This document shows, one piece after another, positions 51,954 to 64,000 of a DNA stretch of 64,000 nucleotides; position 1 is the first letter of the stretch, and the number at the start of each line of letters is the position of its first letter. The stretch is from Octopus sinensis (lineage: Eukaryota), in assembly GCF_006345805.1 (NCBI RefSeq), contig NC_043001.1, forward strand, positions 112,344,001 to 112,408,000. The letters are read 5' to 3'. The notes beneath the pieces were generated by a model that worked only from the letters and a program-made list of their open reading frames with translations, was not told the origin of the DNA and made no database searches. The translations under genes were made by a program, and so were the position numbers.

Positions 51954-52787
51954 AACTCTGTTCTCTATTACCCGTAATGTCAGTAAAACATGGATCAACA
52001 ATCGTTGTTCTTCAGTCAGTGAATTTTATTTCTTCACTTCTAAATTATTTTTATATTTTTCCAGTTGTTATTTTTAAATTTTGATATTGATTTCTGTCGC
52101 CATTTATAGGACATTTTTATCATTCTTTTTTACCCTCAAAACGTCAGCTCTGATCAATTAAACTTATAATCGAAGGCATTTCTGTCTTGGCTAATCCATA
52201 TTTTTCGTATATCAGGTTCTACTCGTCTCTTGTCTAAAACGGATGGGATTTCACTTGAAGAAATGTTTAGCTACAATTTCAAACAGATTGAGCGAACTAA
52301 TAACAAAGGGGTCATTATTAGAGTTAATTAACATTGGAGTATTTCTTTTAATTGATAATTAAGAGGTCATTAAATGTACAAAAGGTCAAGATTCAGTAGA
52401 AGCATATCAGGCATCAAATGTCGAAATAATTTAAGACATCAGAAAGTTTACAATTTTTGGTATCTTTTTTATTGTTTGTCTTTTCCACTTGCTTCACTCA
52501 TTGCGGCACACTGAGGCAACGCCTTGAAACGTTTGGTTGTACAAATCGGCTCAAGTAATATACTTATTGTCTACCAAATTCATTCACAAGGCTTTGAGCA
52601 CCCTGGTACTATAGATGGAGTCACTATAGTTGAAGTCACTTAGCATCTCACGGTGGAACAACTCGGAACCATGTAGTCTGACTGCAGACGTCTTACCGCG
52701 CAGCATTTTTTTTAACGACTTATATAATAAATTTTAATTATATAACATTAAAATGACCTTTTTACTTACTCATTTACTGTCTTACTG

Positions 52788-53172
52788 TGGAGGCGCAATG
52801 GCCCAGTGGTTAGGGCAGCGGACTCGCGGTCATAGGATCGCGATTTCGATTCCCAGACCGGGCGTTGTGAGTGTTTATTGAGCGAAAACACCCAAAAGCT
52901 CCACGAGGCTCCGGCAGGGGATGGTGGTGATCCCTGTTGTACTCTTTCACCACAACTTTCTCTCACTCTTACTTCCTGTTTCTGTTGTACCTGTATTTCA
53001 AAGGGCCGGCCTTGTCACTCTCTGTGTCACGCTGAATATCCCCGAGAACTACGTTAAGGGTACACGTGTCTGTGGAGTGCTCAGCCACTTACACGTTAAT
53101 TTCACGAGCAGGCTGTTCCGTTGATTCGGATCAACCGGAACCCTCGTCGTCGTAACCGACGGAGTGCTTCCA
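52788..53172 (+). mobile_element. SINE family C
   Basis: Full-length copy inserted in the tail of a SINE-A. Confidence 0.92.
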
Positions 53173-53550
53173 TTCTCTTACTCTTTTACTTGTTTCAGTC
53201 ATTTGACTGTGGCCATGCTGGAGCACCGCCTTTAGTCGAGCAAATCGACCCCAGGACTTACTCTTTGTAAGCCTAGTACTTATTCTATCCGTCTCTTTTG
53301 ACGAACTGCTAAGTTACGGGGACGTAAACACACCAGCATCGGTTGTCAAGCGATGTTGGGGGGACAAACACAGACACACAAACATATACACACACATACA
53401 TATGTATATATACATATATACGACGGGCTTCTTTCAGTTTCCGTCTACCAAATCCACCCTCAAGGCTTTGCTCGGCTATAGTAGACGACACCGGCTCAAG
53501 GTGCCACGCATTGGGACTGAACCCGGAACCATGTGGTTCGTTAGCAAGCG
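53173..53550 (-). mobile_element. SINE family A
   Basis: Reverse-complement copy whose tail abuts a family C SINE. Confidence 0.88.
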
Positions 53551-53639
53551 ACTTTATTTCATTAAATTTGTCATAAAAACAGTACATAGATTAGGTAGCT
53601 TTGCGGGCTAGACATAGACATTAATGAGACGGATGATTA

Positions 53640-54200
53640 TGATCCAAAAATGATAAAGATGGGAGAAGGCAGAAAGCGCCCGCCGACCCTCTGCTTCTCT
53701 AAAACATTGTTCTTTAAAAATGCATATACAGAGGTATTAACCCTCTTACAATTTAAAATACAATATATTTGGACTAAAAAGTCCATACAATTATAAATTA
53801 CAATTTATGCACAAACTAGAGGCGATAAACCTCTACAATTCTTCCCTGAGTAAATTTCTTGCAACTTGCAGACATTGCTACCACCGAAATCTGGGATTCC
53901 AAAAAAGGATTCTATAATTCTCGTTTTTACGCGAGTCAATTATCTGATCACAATACTTTCTTTCCAGCACCAGAGCAGCCACCTGCGAAGGCCACTCTGG
54001 GCTGTCAATACAATTCGGTTCCCTCAGGACCCGACTACCCATTTCATTCTCCACAAAACTGTCAATAACCCCTTCCTTGAGATAGCAGAAAATACATTCT
54101 TCACCACCTTCACTGGAAGGGGCCTCAACTCCCTCGCTCGATGGCACACATCCCACTGACGAGGTCATCTTCTTCCCACCCCAATCATTTTCCAAACTGT
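53640..54200 (-). mobile_element. Possible decayed LINE 3' end and UTR
   Basis: GC-richer block followed by a TGTA-rich UTR-like stretch similar in style to 43602-43830. No unambiguous motif. Confidence 0.25.
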
Positions 54201-55859
54201 TAATTACTTAAAACTAAATACTTAAAAACATCATTAACTTTTTGTTAATGGAGTTTTTCTTATAGTGTGCAAGTAACACCAATTATATTATTTACCGTGT
54301 GAAATTAAATTGGGAAGCCGCGAAAATTTTCTTTTGAAACAACTCTTTAAAATGATTGAACAGGTAACATGATTTAGCATATTTCTGACAAAAGGATTTA
54401 AAATTCCTTTTTCATGGTTAGAGATGACTGATACTACAGTTTAGTATTTCACTAATTATACATTTTAACATGTCTATGTAAATATGGCGTAGCATAGCTC
54501 TGATAGTGGTGTGTAGAATGGCTCAGATAATATGATTTACTACATATTTGATAACATGGATTATTGTTAGTCTTATAAAATAACTAACGTGAGTGATAAT
54601 ATTGTTCAACTATTAACTTTCATAACGGTTATGATATGACTCATATAAGCTCATCTGTATCTGACTATAGATAAAACTACTATAGAAAAAGGCGAATGAT
54701 ATATCTGTATGTTACATTTATAACACAGTTGCAAATTCAGCCAGCAACGAAGGGCTTTTATTAGGTATATTGAACTGCTTGAAATAACATCCAACTGTCC
54801 TTGAAAATTACACGCTACTGTCTTAGAAGAGCAACGAATATTAATGAAACAGAGAGAAAATAAGGACATTATAAGATCACACAAGAATACGCTAACACAC
54901 ATACAAAGAGAGAGAGAAAGAAGCAGACAGAGAGGAAAATTGGGAGAGAGACAGAGAGAGACAGGCAGAGAGAGCGAGAGAGAGAGCGACAAACTTACAG
55001 AGAGAAAGAGAGAGGAAGAGAGGAAGAGAGAAGTTTACTAATAGACTAAATTGTGACTGACACTGAAAACTGCTAAAGGAATTACAAATAATAAACTGTT
55101 GTTGGAAAAGTTGGATCAATTTTTGATATGACAAAATTATTAAATTGCTCAACAATAGACACCTCAACGAGTAAAAGTTTTTTTGTTGTACAGTCTCTTA
55201 AAAGCCCGTCGTTTATTTATAAAGATGGAAACGCGTAAAACCGAAAAGATAAAAGACAACCATTTTTAATCTTTACTTATTACAGAGTGTCATCTGACTA
55301 TTTTGCAGCCACACATCTCTTGGCTAATTACTCTGGCCTAACGGTTGGCTGGTATAAAAAAATGTAACATCATATCTGTTTTCTTTACTGCATGAAGGAA
55401 GGACGTCCTTCGATGAAGGCTGACCGTCTGCGGCACATGTATGTGCAAAACTGAGCAAGATTTTATTGTGAAATCTGGTAGTTATGCATCCATGCGAGTC
55501 TCTTCTCACCATGACAATGATGGTTATTCCTGGGAAGATCTACCGATTTGGGCCGATGCAACCTGGCACCAGCATCGTTGCGGACTTTACTGTTAGAGGG
55601 CAAAGAGTCGGAACATACACCGCAGGCATCTTGCTCGAACTCTCACAGGTCTGCCAATCCGATCCACCCAGATTGGAATTTAGTTTTTTTCGATTCCGAA
55701 AGGATGAATGACAAACTTAACTCTAGCGGAATTTGAAATCTGAGCGCCAAGAGTCGAAATAAAACACGCGGGCCTTTCTATGCAATCCTTTTACGATTCT
55801 GCCAATTAGGAATCTTATATATTCGTATGTATGTCTATGTGTATATACACCCGACATAG

Positions 55860-56150
55860 TAAGATCTTGGTGGTCCACAGATCATTTCAATCACTTGGCG
55901 AGAGAAGACTAAACGCAGAGAAAGGATTACGCGCAGAAGTGAATTCACATAAAGCAAACATCAACTGAGATGGCTCAGTTGTATGCACCTCTATTTCACA
56001 TAGGATCCTCCATAGCAACCTACACCATGGTCAACATATGACTGGACAACAAAAGCGGCATTTCAAAGATCAACTAAGAACAATTTTAAAGAGGAACAAC
56101 ATTAATTCTTCAGGAGTTGATGATATCGCTACTCACCTCCGAATTTGTCC
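55860..56150 (+). mobile_element. RTE-clade LINE 3' fragment
   Basis: KHQLRWL... then, frameshifted, ILHSNLHHGQHMTGQQKRHFKDQLRTILKRNNIN. Confidence 0.65.
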
Positions 56151-56461
56151 TTTTCACTGTCTAGTGGGTCGGGCTTGAAGAAATGGAGGTAAAACGCATA
56201 CGGGTATTACGAGAATAACTAAATAAACGTACGCAGAGTTAAACTTGATCTCTCTTACCAAACATATACACATGTTTATCACCCATGTGATAAACGATTG
56301 AGTTGTTTCAGTAAACCACAACTGAACTGCATCATTACAGCCATTTATTTACTATTTCAATATACCCAACATTGAGCAAAGATTTACCATTTGAGACTCT
56401 AATCAGTGTCATTACAACTAAGCCAAAACTATCTGATTTCAAGTCTTGGCGCAAGGGCAGC

Positions 56462-56632
56462 AAGTTCGGGGTGGGGTGTAAATCGATTTCATCGACCCCG
56501 GTGTCCAACTTGTACTTATTTCATCGACCCCGAAAGAATGAAATGCAAAGTCGATCTTGGCGGAATTTAAACGCAATCGAAATACTGCTAAGCATTTTCC
56601 CGGCGTGCTAAGGATTGCGCCAGCTCGCAGCC
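56462..56632 (-). mobile_element. SINE family B
   Basis: Reverse-complement copy. Further partial copies near 20790-21175, 40720-40845 and 55690-55810. Confidence 0.75.
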
Positions 56633-56729
56633 TATTATTTGTATCTTAATAGCAGTTCATCAGATATCATTGTAACAATCCCTGGAATTTGTCACTGCCG
56701 CCATTTCCCTATTTTATAACTTCTCATTT

Positions 56730-56925
56730 ATTACCGCTACCTTAGTGAAGGTGGAGGTATCGTTTTCGGTCGCGTTTGTTCATTTGTCCGTGGACCAAAT
56801 ATCTCAAGAACTGACGAATGGATTCGGATGAAACTTTCAGGGATATTTGACCTCGTGACTGGCACAAACTGATTAGATTTTGGGATCGATCTGGTACTGG
56901 ACAATGGTTCTGGATAATTTTTGTT
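56730..56925 (+). mobile_element. Non-autonomous DNA-type repeat fragment (DINE/HINE-like architecture)
   Basis: ttaccgctaccttagtgaaggtggaggt 5' stem-loop, followed by a tttgtcc tract and atatctc...ggattcggatgaaacttt. The family call is from memory of similar elements. Confidence 0.4.
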
Positions 56926-57049
56926 ATATTTACTTTAATTTAGATGAGCTCTTTGAAATCGTTCTCTGATTATCTCCCTTATATAGTATATTACCTCCCT
57001 TATATTTTATATTATTAATACATATTCACACTTTACATTATACTTACTC

Positions 57050-57443
57050 TCTCTCTCTTACTCTTTTACTTGTTTCAGTCATTTGACTGCGACCATGCTG
57101 GAGCACCGCCTTTAATCGAGCAACTCGACCCCGAGACTTATTCTTTTGTAAGCCCAGTACTTATTCTATCGGTCTCTTTCGCCGAACCGCTAAGTGACGG
57201 GGACGTAAACACACTAGCATCGGTTGTCAAGCAATGCTAGGGGAACAAACACACACACGCATACATATACATATATATATATACGACAGGCTTCTTTCAG
57301 TTTCCGTCTACCAAATCCACTCACAAGGCATTGGTCGGCCCGGGGCTATAGTAGAAGACATTTGCCCAAGGTGCCACGCAGTGGGACTGAAGCTGGAATC
57401 ATGTGGTTGGTTATCAAGCTACTTACCTCACAGCCACTCCTGC
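57050..57443 (-). mobile_element. SINE family A
   Basis: Reverse-complement full-length copy. Confidence 0.9.
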
Positions 57444-57864
57444 ATAATTCTATACATCGATCTAAAACAACAGGATTACTAAAGAAAGGCCGGATTTTAA
57501 GAGAAGAGAAAGCCAAAAGGGCTCATACTATTTATTTAAAACGGACAAGGATTCTGGATTAATTTTTCTGTTTATTGTACTTAATTTTTGAGAGTGATCG
57601 GGTTCATTTTTAGTATTCTCGTTTGGGAGAGCAGTCGAGTTTATTTCAGACATTTTCAATTTAAATTTCACTTCCGGCTAATCGTTGAGAGGACGCTGGA
57701 GTTGCCGACAAACAACTTGTTTGTTTGAGTTCTGAGTTTCGTCCTTCTTGACCATGGTTTTGGATTGTTATTACGTCCTATCACTCTTATCGTCGACTGT
57801 TTCTTCTGGAGGGACTAGCTTTATTGCGTCTCCCTCTTTTTGTATAAACTGTTCACTTCCAGTT

Positions 57865-58782
57865 TTGGTGGACGTCTGCCAAGAGACCACCGAACACGTC
57901 TGGCATATGGAAATAAAGCTCGAAGAGCAGACCATCCTACCTCGGAGACTTCTCTCTAGCGCAGGCCGTTATCGCGCCCTGTATATTTTCGGCTGTTATC
58001 AGCATTTCGCAGAACTCCGGATCCCTGGCTGAGAGACGCAGCATACCACTGTTACAGGAGGTGAAATCCACCACCGTCCCAGAACCACAGCAAGCCCCAT
58101 ACAGTTCGGCGAAACACCACTGAAATACCGTACACATCTGCTTGGGCTCGGTTATGCGCCCATCGTAGCTCACCAAAGACCGAATTGTTGATTTGTTTCT
58201 ATGTTGCACCTCTGCCACCCAGGCCCATCGAACAGCATTCGTCCCCGTCTCAGTGCAGGCGCCCTAGCTCCAACAACGCAACTTTCGTACTCGGCATTGA
58301 AGAATTGATCAAGAGCCTATCTCGTCGGTTGCTATGCCTTTCCTAAACGCCTCTTCTAGCTTCCTAACTAGGTTTCCTTCTATTCTAGATTCCTCTAACG
58401 TTATTTCCTTACTAAAACCTACCGCTTCTGCTCTAATAGTTCTCTTCAGGGCTATCCACCAACGGCTGTTGACAATTGTACCCTCAAACTCTCGATGGAC
58501 TAACTTGCTAACCCGGTCTCTGAAAGCTTGGAGCACCAGGAAGGACGCGTCCAACTTCCAGTATCCAGGGCCTTTTCTATGGATCCTATCTATGTCAACT
58601 GTACATATCACAAATGTATGGTCCATGTAGCGGACACCTTTGAAACATGGACAGGCTTATACTACTTCTATCTACAGGCCTACAAAATACTCTATCTATA
58701 TACGATCTAGAAGACCCGATGCGATTCGCCCATGTCATCATTGGCGCATTCGGAAAATCCAGTCGGTACCTGTCAGCCAACT
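57865..58782 (-). mobile_element. Degenerate L1-Tx1 fragment (end of APE endonuclease, linker, start of RT)
   Basis: SSRSYIDRVFCR, DHTFV, GPGYWKLDASFL and REKSPR*DGLLFELY are typical Tx1 ORF2 segments, here with frameshifts and stops. Confidence 0.8.
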
Positions 58783-59237
58783 GGCACAGATTAGGGCATC
58801 CGTTTCCGGTTTTAAGTCACTTTTAGTCACACCATAGCCATATTTTCCCTCTGTCTTATCTTCAACATCCCTATGAAATTATCCATGCATTCCTTTCTAT
58901 ATCCACCTATAGTCAGTTTCATTCATTCTCAAGTGTTTGTACAGTGCTTTATCTTTGCAATCTTCTCACCTACAAAAGCCTGATCTTCTTAATTCCAATT
59001 ATAGCGGTTCTGTGGTATTTTTATATACCATGCTATGCTGTTTTCTCCAGCTCTGATCCTGTGTTCGCATCCAATAAGTCGTCACCCCTCTCTCTTTCCT
59101 AGTACATACAGTCTGTCTCTGTCACTTTTTGGGTGGAGTATCCCATATCTAGTCAGCAACGTCCTTGTCTTTCTGCATAAGCTGTTTAGTTCGTCTCCTG
59201 TCCAAGCGATTACCTCTGCTCCATATCTAAGTGCTAC
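58783..59237 (-). mobile_element. Inverted 5' part of an R4/Dong-like (RLE) non-LTR retrotransposon (RT C-terminal region)
   Basis: Minus-strand translation LRYGAEVIAWTGDELNSLCRKTRTLLTRYGILHPKSDRDRLYV...GMHG*FHRDV...SDLKPETDALICA. Confidence 0.8.
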
Positions 59238-59812
59238 CTAAGAACCAATTACATCAAATACAGAACAGACAACACATCAGAAAGTGATAAATGCAGAGAT
59301 TGTGGACAAAATGGTGAAACCGTATTGCATATTACCAGTCAATATACGCCAATAACCCAGAAAGAATATACGAGACGTCATGACAATAGAGCAAGGATTG
59401 TCCATTGGACACTTTGAAACATGTATGTACTTGACAGAGCAAAAATGTGGTACGACCATAAACCCGAAGGCATCATCGAAAATGATAATGCAAAAATCCT
59501 ATGGGATTTTATGATTCAGTGCGACCATGAGATAGAGAATAGGAAAGCAGACATAGTGTTGAGAAAGAAAGCAAACGATGCCGGATTACAGATATAGCAT
59601 GCCCAGCTGACAACAAGGTATGCGATATGGAAGGAAGAAAAGTCGATAGATATAACAAGTTAAATTGAAAGGTTAAGCAGTTGTGGTCGCTGAAAAAGGT
59701 GGTTGTAGTACCGACAATTGTCGGAGCCCTGGGAACAGTGAGTAAAAATTCTGAGAGGAACAAATAGGGTCCGCAATAAGGGTGATGCCATGCATTGCTC
59801 TCTCTCACTCAA
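59238..59812 (+). mobile_element. 3' part of the same RLE element: CCHC finger and PD-(D/E)xK restriction-like endonuclease, (TAA)n tail
   Basis: LRTNYIK...CRDCGQNGETVLHITS...RRHDN...WYDHKPEGIIENDNAKILWDFMIQCDHEIENRKADIV...DIACPAD...VPTIVGALGTV, ending CTCACTC(AAT)n. Confidence 0.85.
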
Positions 59813-59837
59813 TAATAATGATTATTATTATTATTCA

Positions 59838-60031
59838 TTCCAATATAGACACAAGGCCTGAAATTTTGAGGAAGGGGGTTCACGGGTGCTTGACAGGTAC
59901 TTATTTTATCGACCTCGAAAGAATGAAAGGCAAAGTCGACCACAGAGGAATATGAACTCAAAACACGCAGATGGATGAACTGCCGCTAAGCATTTTGCCC
60001 GGTGTGCTAACGATTCTGCCAGCTGCCGCCT
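59838..60031 (-). mobile_element. SINE family B
   Basis: Reverse-complement copy. Confidence 0.8.
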
Positions 60032-60056
60032 TAATAATAATAATAATAATAATAAT

Positions 60057-60116
<60 letters not shown>

Positions 60117-60140
60117 AATAATAATAATAATAATAATATA
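60030..60140. repeat. (AAT)n/(AAC)n microsatellite
   Basis: Direct reading. Confidence 0.95.
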
Positions 60141-60746
60141 TTGGCCTTAAAGTTCGCAAAAACTATTTAGGACAGTAATAATACTCTACTTTGTAAAAAA
60201 AAATTGGCTTTTCGTAACGAACCAAACATTCTGTAGTATATGTCATTGCTTATCTGTCATTATTTGAAGCTATCACACTGAGATAGAAGTTATGCCAAAC
60301 GCTAGCACTTTAGTGGTGTGATTCATGCTCATGTCCGTGTATTTTTATCTGATTTGAAAACAATTTATATATCCCACGTCTGCAGAACTATAAATAGATT
60401 TCTGGCTAGTGTTGCGACAGACAAAGATAAATTTTGATTTCTTATCTGAATTCTGTGACTGCTTATCTGAATTTTGTAAACTGCTGTCTATTGATTGACA
60501 TTAGGTGGAATTCGGACAGGTAATATCGAATAATATATATATGTATGTGAATAATATGTGCTTATGGTGAGCGTGTATGATTTTAGACATATGCATGTAT
60601 ATGTGTGTTGTGTGTGTGTCTACGTATACAGTTACATATACACAAACACAGACACACGCACATATGTATGTGTGTATGTACGTATTTGTACAAACTGAAG
60701 TGATGATTCGTAGTAAGGAAAGTAACAACGGTGTTGGTAAATGAAT

Positions 60747-60752
60747 AGCAGC

Positions 60753-60828
<76 letters not shown>
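60747..60828. repeat. (GCA)n(GTA)n microsatellite abutting the PLE 5' truncation
   Basis: Direct reading. Confidence 0.95.
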
Positions 60829-60829
<1 letters not shown>

Positions 60830-62485
60830 ATCTCAGTAAATCAGTACTTGCAACCACTCCAACGACCTCACAGGTTGTGTAGTGGGTAGTATGGATGTGA
60901 TTTCACTCTACCCATCTATAGACATAGATTTTGCTGTGGAGAAATGCATTCAGGTAATCTGTGAGAGTCAGGTGGAATTCCGTAAGTTCAACTCGAGGGA
61001 AGTGGACCTCCTCCTCAGACTATGCTATGGCAGTAACTATTTAGATGACCAGGACCTCAGTAGATTCTGCCCCACCAGGTCACAGAGGGAAAGACCACTT
61101 ACCATCACTTCAGCAGTGAAGAAAAGCACCACAGAGCGCTGGAGTGGCTGCACCGCACCCACCCGAAACCCTGAGAACAACAATCAGGTGAAAGAAATGA
61201 TTGCACATGCAATAGGGGCCAGTGTACAAACCACCTTGAAAAACCACATAGTAAAGTTCAACAAAAAACTATACATGCAGGTTCAAGGTGCAGCCATCGG
61301 TGTCGGTGTAGCTGGAGATGTGGTTGGCCTCTTCATGACCTGGTGGGACAGAAAACTTAAACAAATGTTAACAGAACAGTTCACAACTCTTCTACTCTAC
61401 GGTAGATATGTAGATGACATTAATATCATAGTTAGGACCAACTCTAGTGATGTAGAGACTGAGAAGAACGTAATGGAGAGCATCCAGCAAATAGCTAACT
61501 CCATCCACCAAAGTATCAAGGTAACTATAGATTAACCCACCAAGCACTCCAACAACAGACTCCCTGTACTTGATACTGAACTTTGGTTAGACACTGTGAA
61601 CAATAGAGTGCAGCTCCTCCACTCCTATTACATGAAACCCATAACTTCAAAATATGTTGTTTACAAGAACTCGGCTTTGTCACACAACATGAAAATTAAC
61701 ATACTGATAGCAGACCTAGTTAGAATAATGAACAATGTGTCACCACTATGCGAACCCTATGAAACGAAAATACATATACAGAACTTCATGTACCGCATGC
61801 AGTACTCTGGATATGATCAGAAAGATAGGGTTCGAGTATACAGGGGGGGGCTAGAAAGAAATTCAGTAACATTATACATAATGATACCAGTGGTACCTGC
61901 CTTAGATATAGAAGCAAATAATGGAATAGGACACAAAGAACTTGTGACAAAGCAAACATGACGAACACGTGGTATAAAACCGACAAATATCAAGGAGTCA
62001 TGTTTGTAGAGGCCGCAGCCAATGGAGAACAAGCTCGTAGATTTATAAAATCTCTGAAGGAGACCAAACTCAACATTAAGATTGTTGACCACCAGGGAAC
62101 TCCGTCAGATCACAACTATGTAGGACGTACCCCTTTGAGAATATCATATGCACCAATGATAACTGCATGGTATGTAGGATTAGCCCTGGCATTAACTGTA
62201 GAACTCGAAATGTAGTTTACTGCATAAGATGCATAGAATGTGCTTGTAAAGACATGAACATGACGTACATAGGGGAGATATCTAGGAGCATTACGAACGA
62301 CTAAATGAACATCTGAGACAATATGTCGACAAAAGACAGTCCTCCATACTCTATCAAAATGCCAAAGACCACCATGGAGGCAACTTGGGTCAACTTGACA
62401 TCCGCATCGTATCCAAGCACCAAAAAGACCCAACACTCAGACAAATACGGGAGTACGTCCTTATAAATGAAACTTCCCCAATAAT
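60830..62485 (+). mobile_element. 5'-truncated Penelope-like element (RT, Cys-rich linker, C-terminal GIY-YIG endonuclease), disrupted
   Basis: GSMDVISLYPS, QVQGAAIG, RYVDD and RLPVLD RT motifs. In-frame TAA at 61533-61535 and a frameshift near the G-run at about 61845. Then CTNDNCMVC...CRTRNVVYCIRC...YIGEISRS (GIY-YIG) and ERLNEH. Confidence 0.88.
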
Positions 62486-62567
62486 TGTGTCTTGGATGGT
62501 AGCTTTCTAGGTGCAACCCCACAGTCATTCTTGACCGAAAGAGGTCTCTGCCCTTTATCTTTTATAT

Positions 62568-62647
<80 letters not shown>

Positions 62648-62671
62648 CATATATATCATATATACATAGAC

Positions 62672-62705
<34 letters not shown>

Positions 62706-62732
62706 TAGACATATTTATATAATATATACGTA

Positions 62733-62770
<38 letters not shown>

Positions 62771-63183
62771 TATAATATATACATAGACATGTATGTGTGT
62801 GTGCATATGTGTATGTGTATGTATGTACATATGTATATATGTATATACAGTAAGGATTCGTTTTACGAAAGTAATGTGTTCCAGAAAATCTGGCTGTAAC
62901 GGGAAATTCCGTAAGTTGAAACTAATTTTCCTATTGATTTTCATATTATCAAGTGAGACTGCGTTCCGACGGACTTTTTCGGAAGAATAAAAAAAAAAAA
63001 CACATGAAAAGAACAAAGAACAAGTAAGACGGTCACCTTTACATGTAAATAACACTTTCTAAACACACACATGTCAAATAATTAATAATATTAGGGTAAT
63101 AAAAATTTTAGAAATTCTTACTACCAGTGACCTAGCGTGTAGAAAAATAAGTCAATAGACTATATATTATTCATATAAATACA

Positions 63184-63428
63184 GTGTACATTTAAACACC
63201 TAAGAGGTATCCATTATAGGATTCCTGGCATGCTAGAAGGAACAGCCAAAATCCAAACCACTATTAGGGATAAACTTCGAAGGGAATGAAAAATGAAATA
63301 CATGGTAAATGTTTTTATTTTTCGTTTCCTTCGACGTTTTAGCCCTAATAGGGGTTTGGAATTTGGCTGTTCTTTCTAGCGTGCAAGAAATCCTATGATG
63401 GATACCTCTTATGTGTTTAAATGTACAC
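63184..63428. repeat. 245-bp imperfect fold-back palindrome (5-nt loop at 63304-63308)
   Basis: gtgtacatttaaacac.taagaggtatccat...gctagaa.gaacagccaaa... pairs with its mirror through to the centre. Confidence 0.9.
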
Positions 63429-64000
63429 ACACATGTACAATACAGACACATAAAAGCACAGAAACATTTCAAGGGGAATACGTTCGGGAATTGATAAGTA
63501 TTGTAATATCGTAAGAGTATGTTCTTACCACAAAAGATGTTCACTACTGTGTGATGGGTGGTGGTGGTGGTGGAATAAGCATTACTGGGAGGATGAGGGA
63601 CAATATTTATCCTATAGTTCATTATTATCAACATCAGCTTCAGGAGTGAAGAACTCATCCGAAGTTATTGTTTATGACGCATTATCTCTTTGTAGAACTC
63701 GGTATAGGAACTGAGCTCATTGTAAACTGCTCTTGTAATTTCCATGTTACATTCACGATTATTATAATTATCAGCGAGAATCTGCAGTGCTTCCTCTATA
63801 AGTGCCAACTCTTTAGAATTAATTTTTATAGCGAATATAAGTGGTGTAGGTGGAAATATCGTTGTCCCATTTGTATACTCAGCTTGTTCTTTTTCTCATA
63901 GCATCAACCCCTCGTTAGATAATTTTTCTTTCTAGGACACCAGCAATTTAATCACATCATTTTGTATGACTTCTTCAAATGTCGCAATATCTCTTCAAAT

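Noticed and set aside
53878-54195. 105-aa ORF MENDWGGKK...
   Set aside because: No recognisable domain. It is more likely a frame within a decayed LINE 3' region.
55484-55711. 75-aa ORF running into a SINE-B
   Set aside because: No domain recognised, and the 3' end is SINE sequence.

Overview
AT-rich, microsatellite-dense animal genomic DNA. It looks like a cephalopod (Octopus-type) genome, but that is inferred from the repeat families rather than shown directly. Most of the window is simple repeats and retroelement debris: at least four tRNA-head SINE families, L1-Tx1, RTE, R4/Dong-like (restriction-like endonuclease, RLE) and Penelope-like (PLE, GIY-YIG) retrotransposon fragments, a DD37D Tc1/mariner remnant, a non-autonomous Helitron and a 13-bp satellite. 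The only convincing cellular gene is an intact, intronless, strongly divergent EB1/MAPRE-family ORF (51012-51953, +) that lacks the acidic EEY/F tail. Three other signals stand out. (i) Short inserts in TA/TG microsatellites carry minimal type-I hammerhead-ribozyme folds, two of them with a non-canonical CCGANGA core. (ii) An RLE retroelement has a twin-priming-like 5' inversion. (iii) There are several long fold-back palindromes. Nearly all other ORFs in the track are microsatellite or antisense artefacts. All protein and family assignments are by eye, with no database searches. Repeat boundaries are approximate to about 10-20 bp unless termini are quoted.
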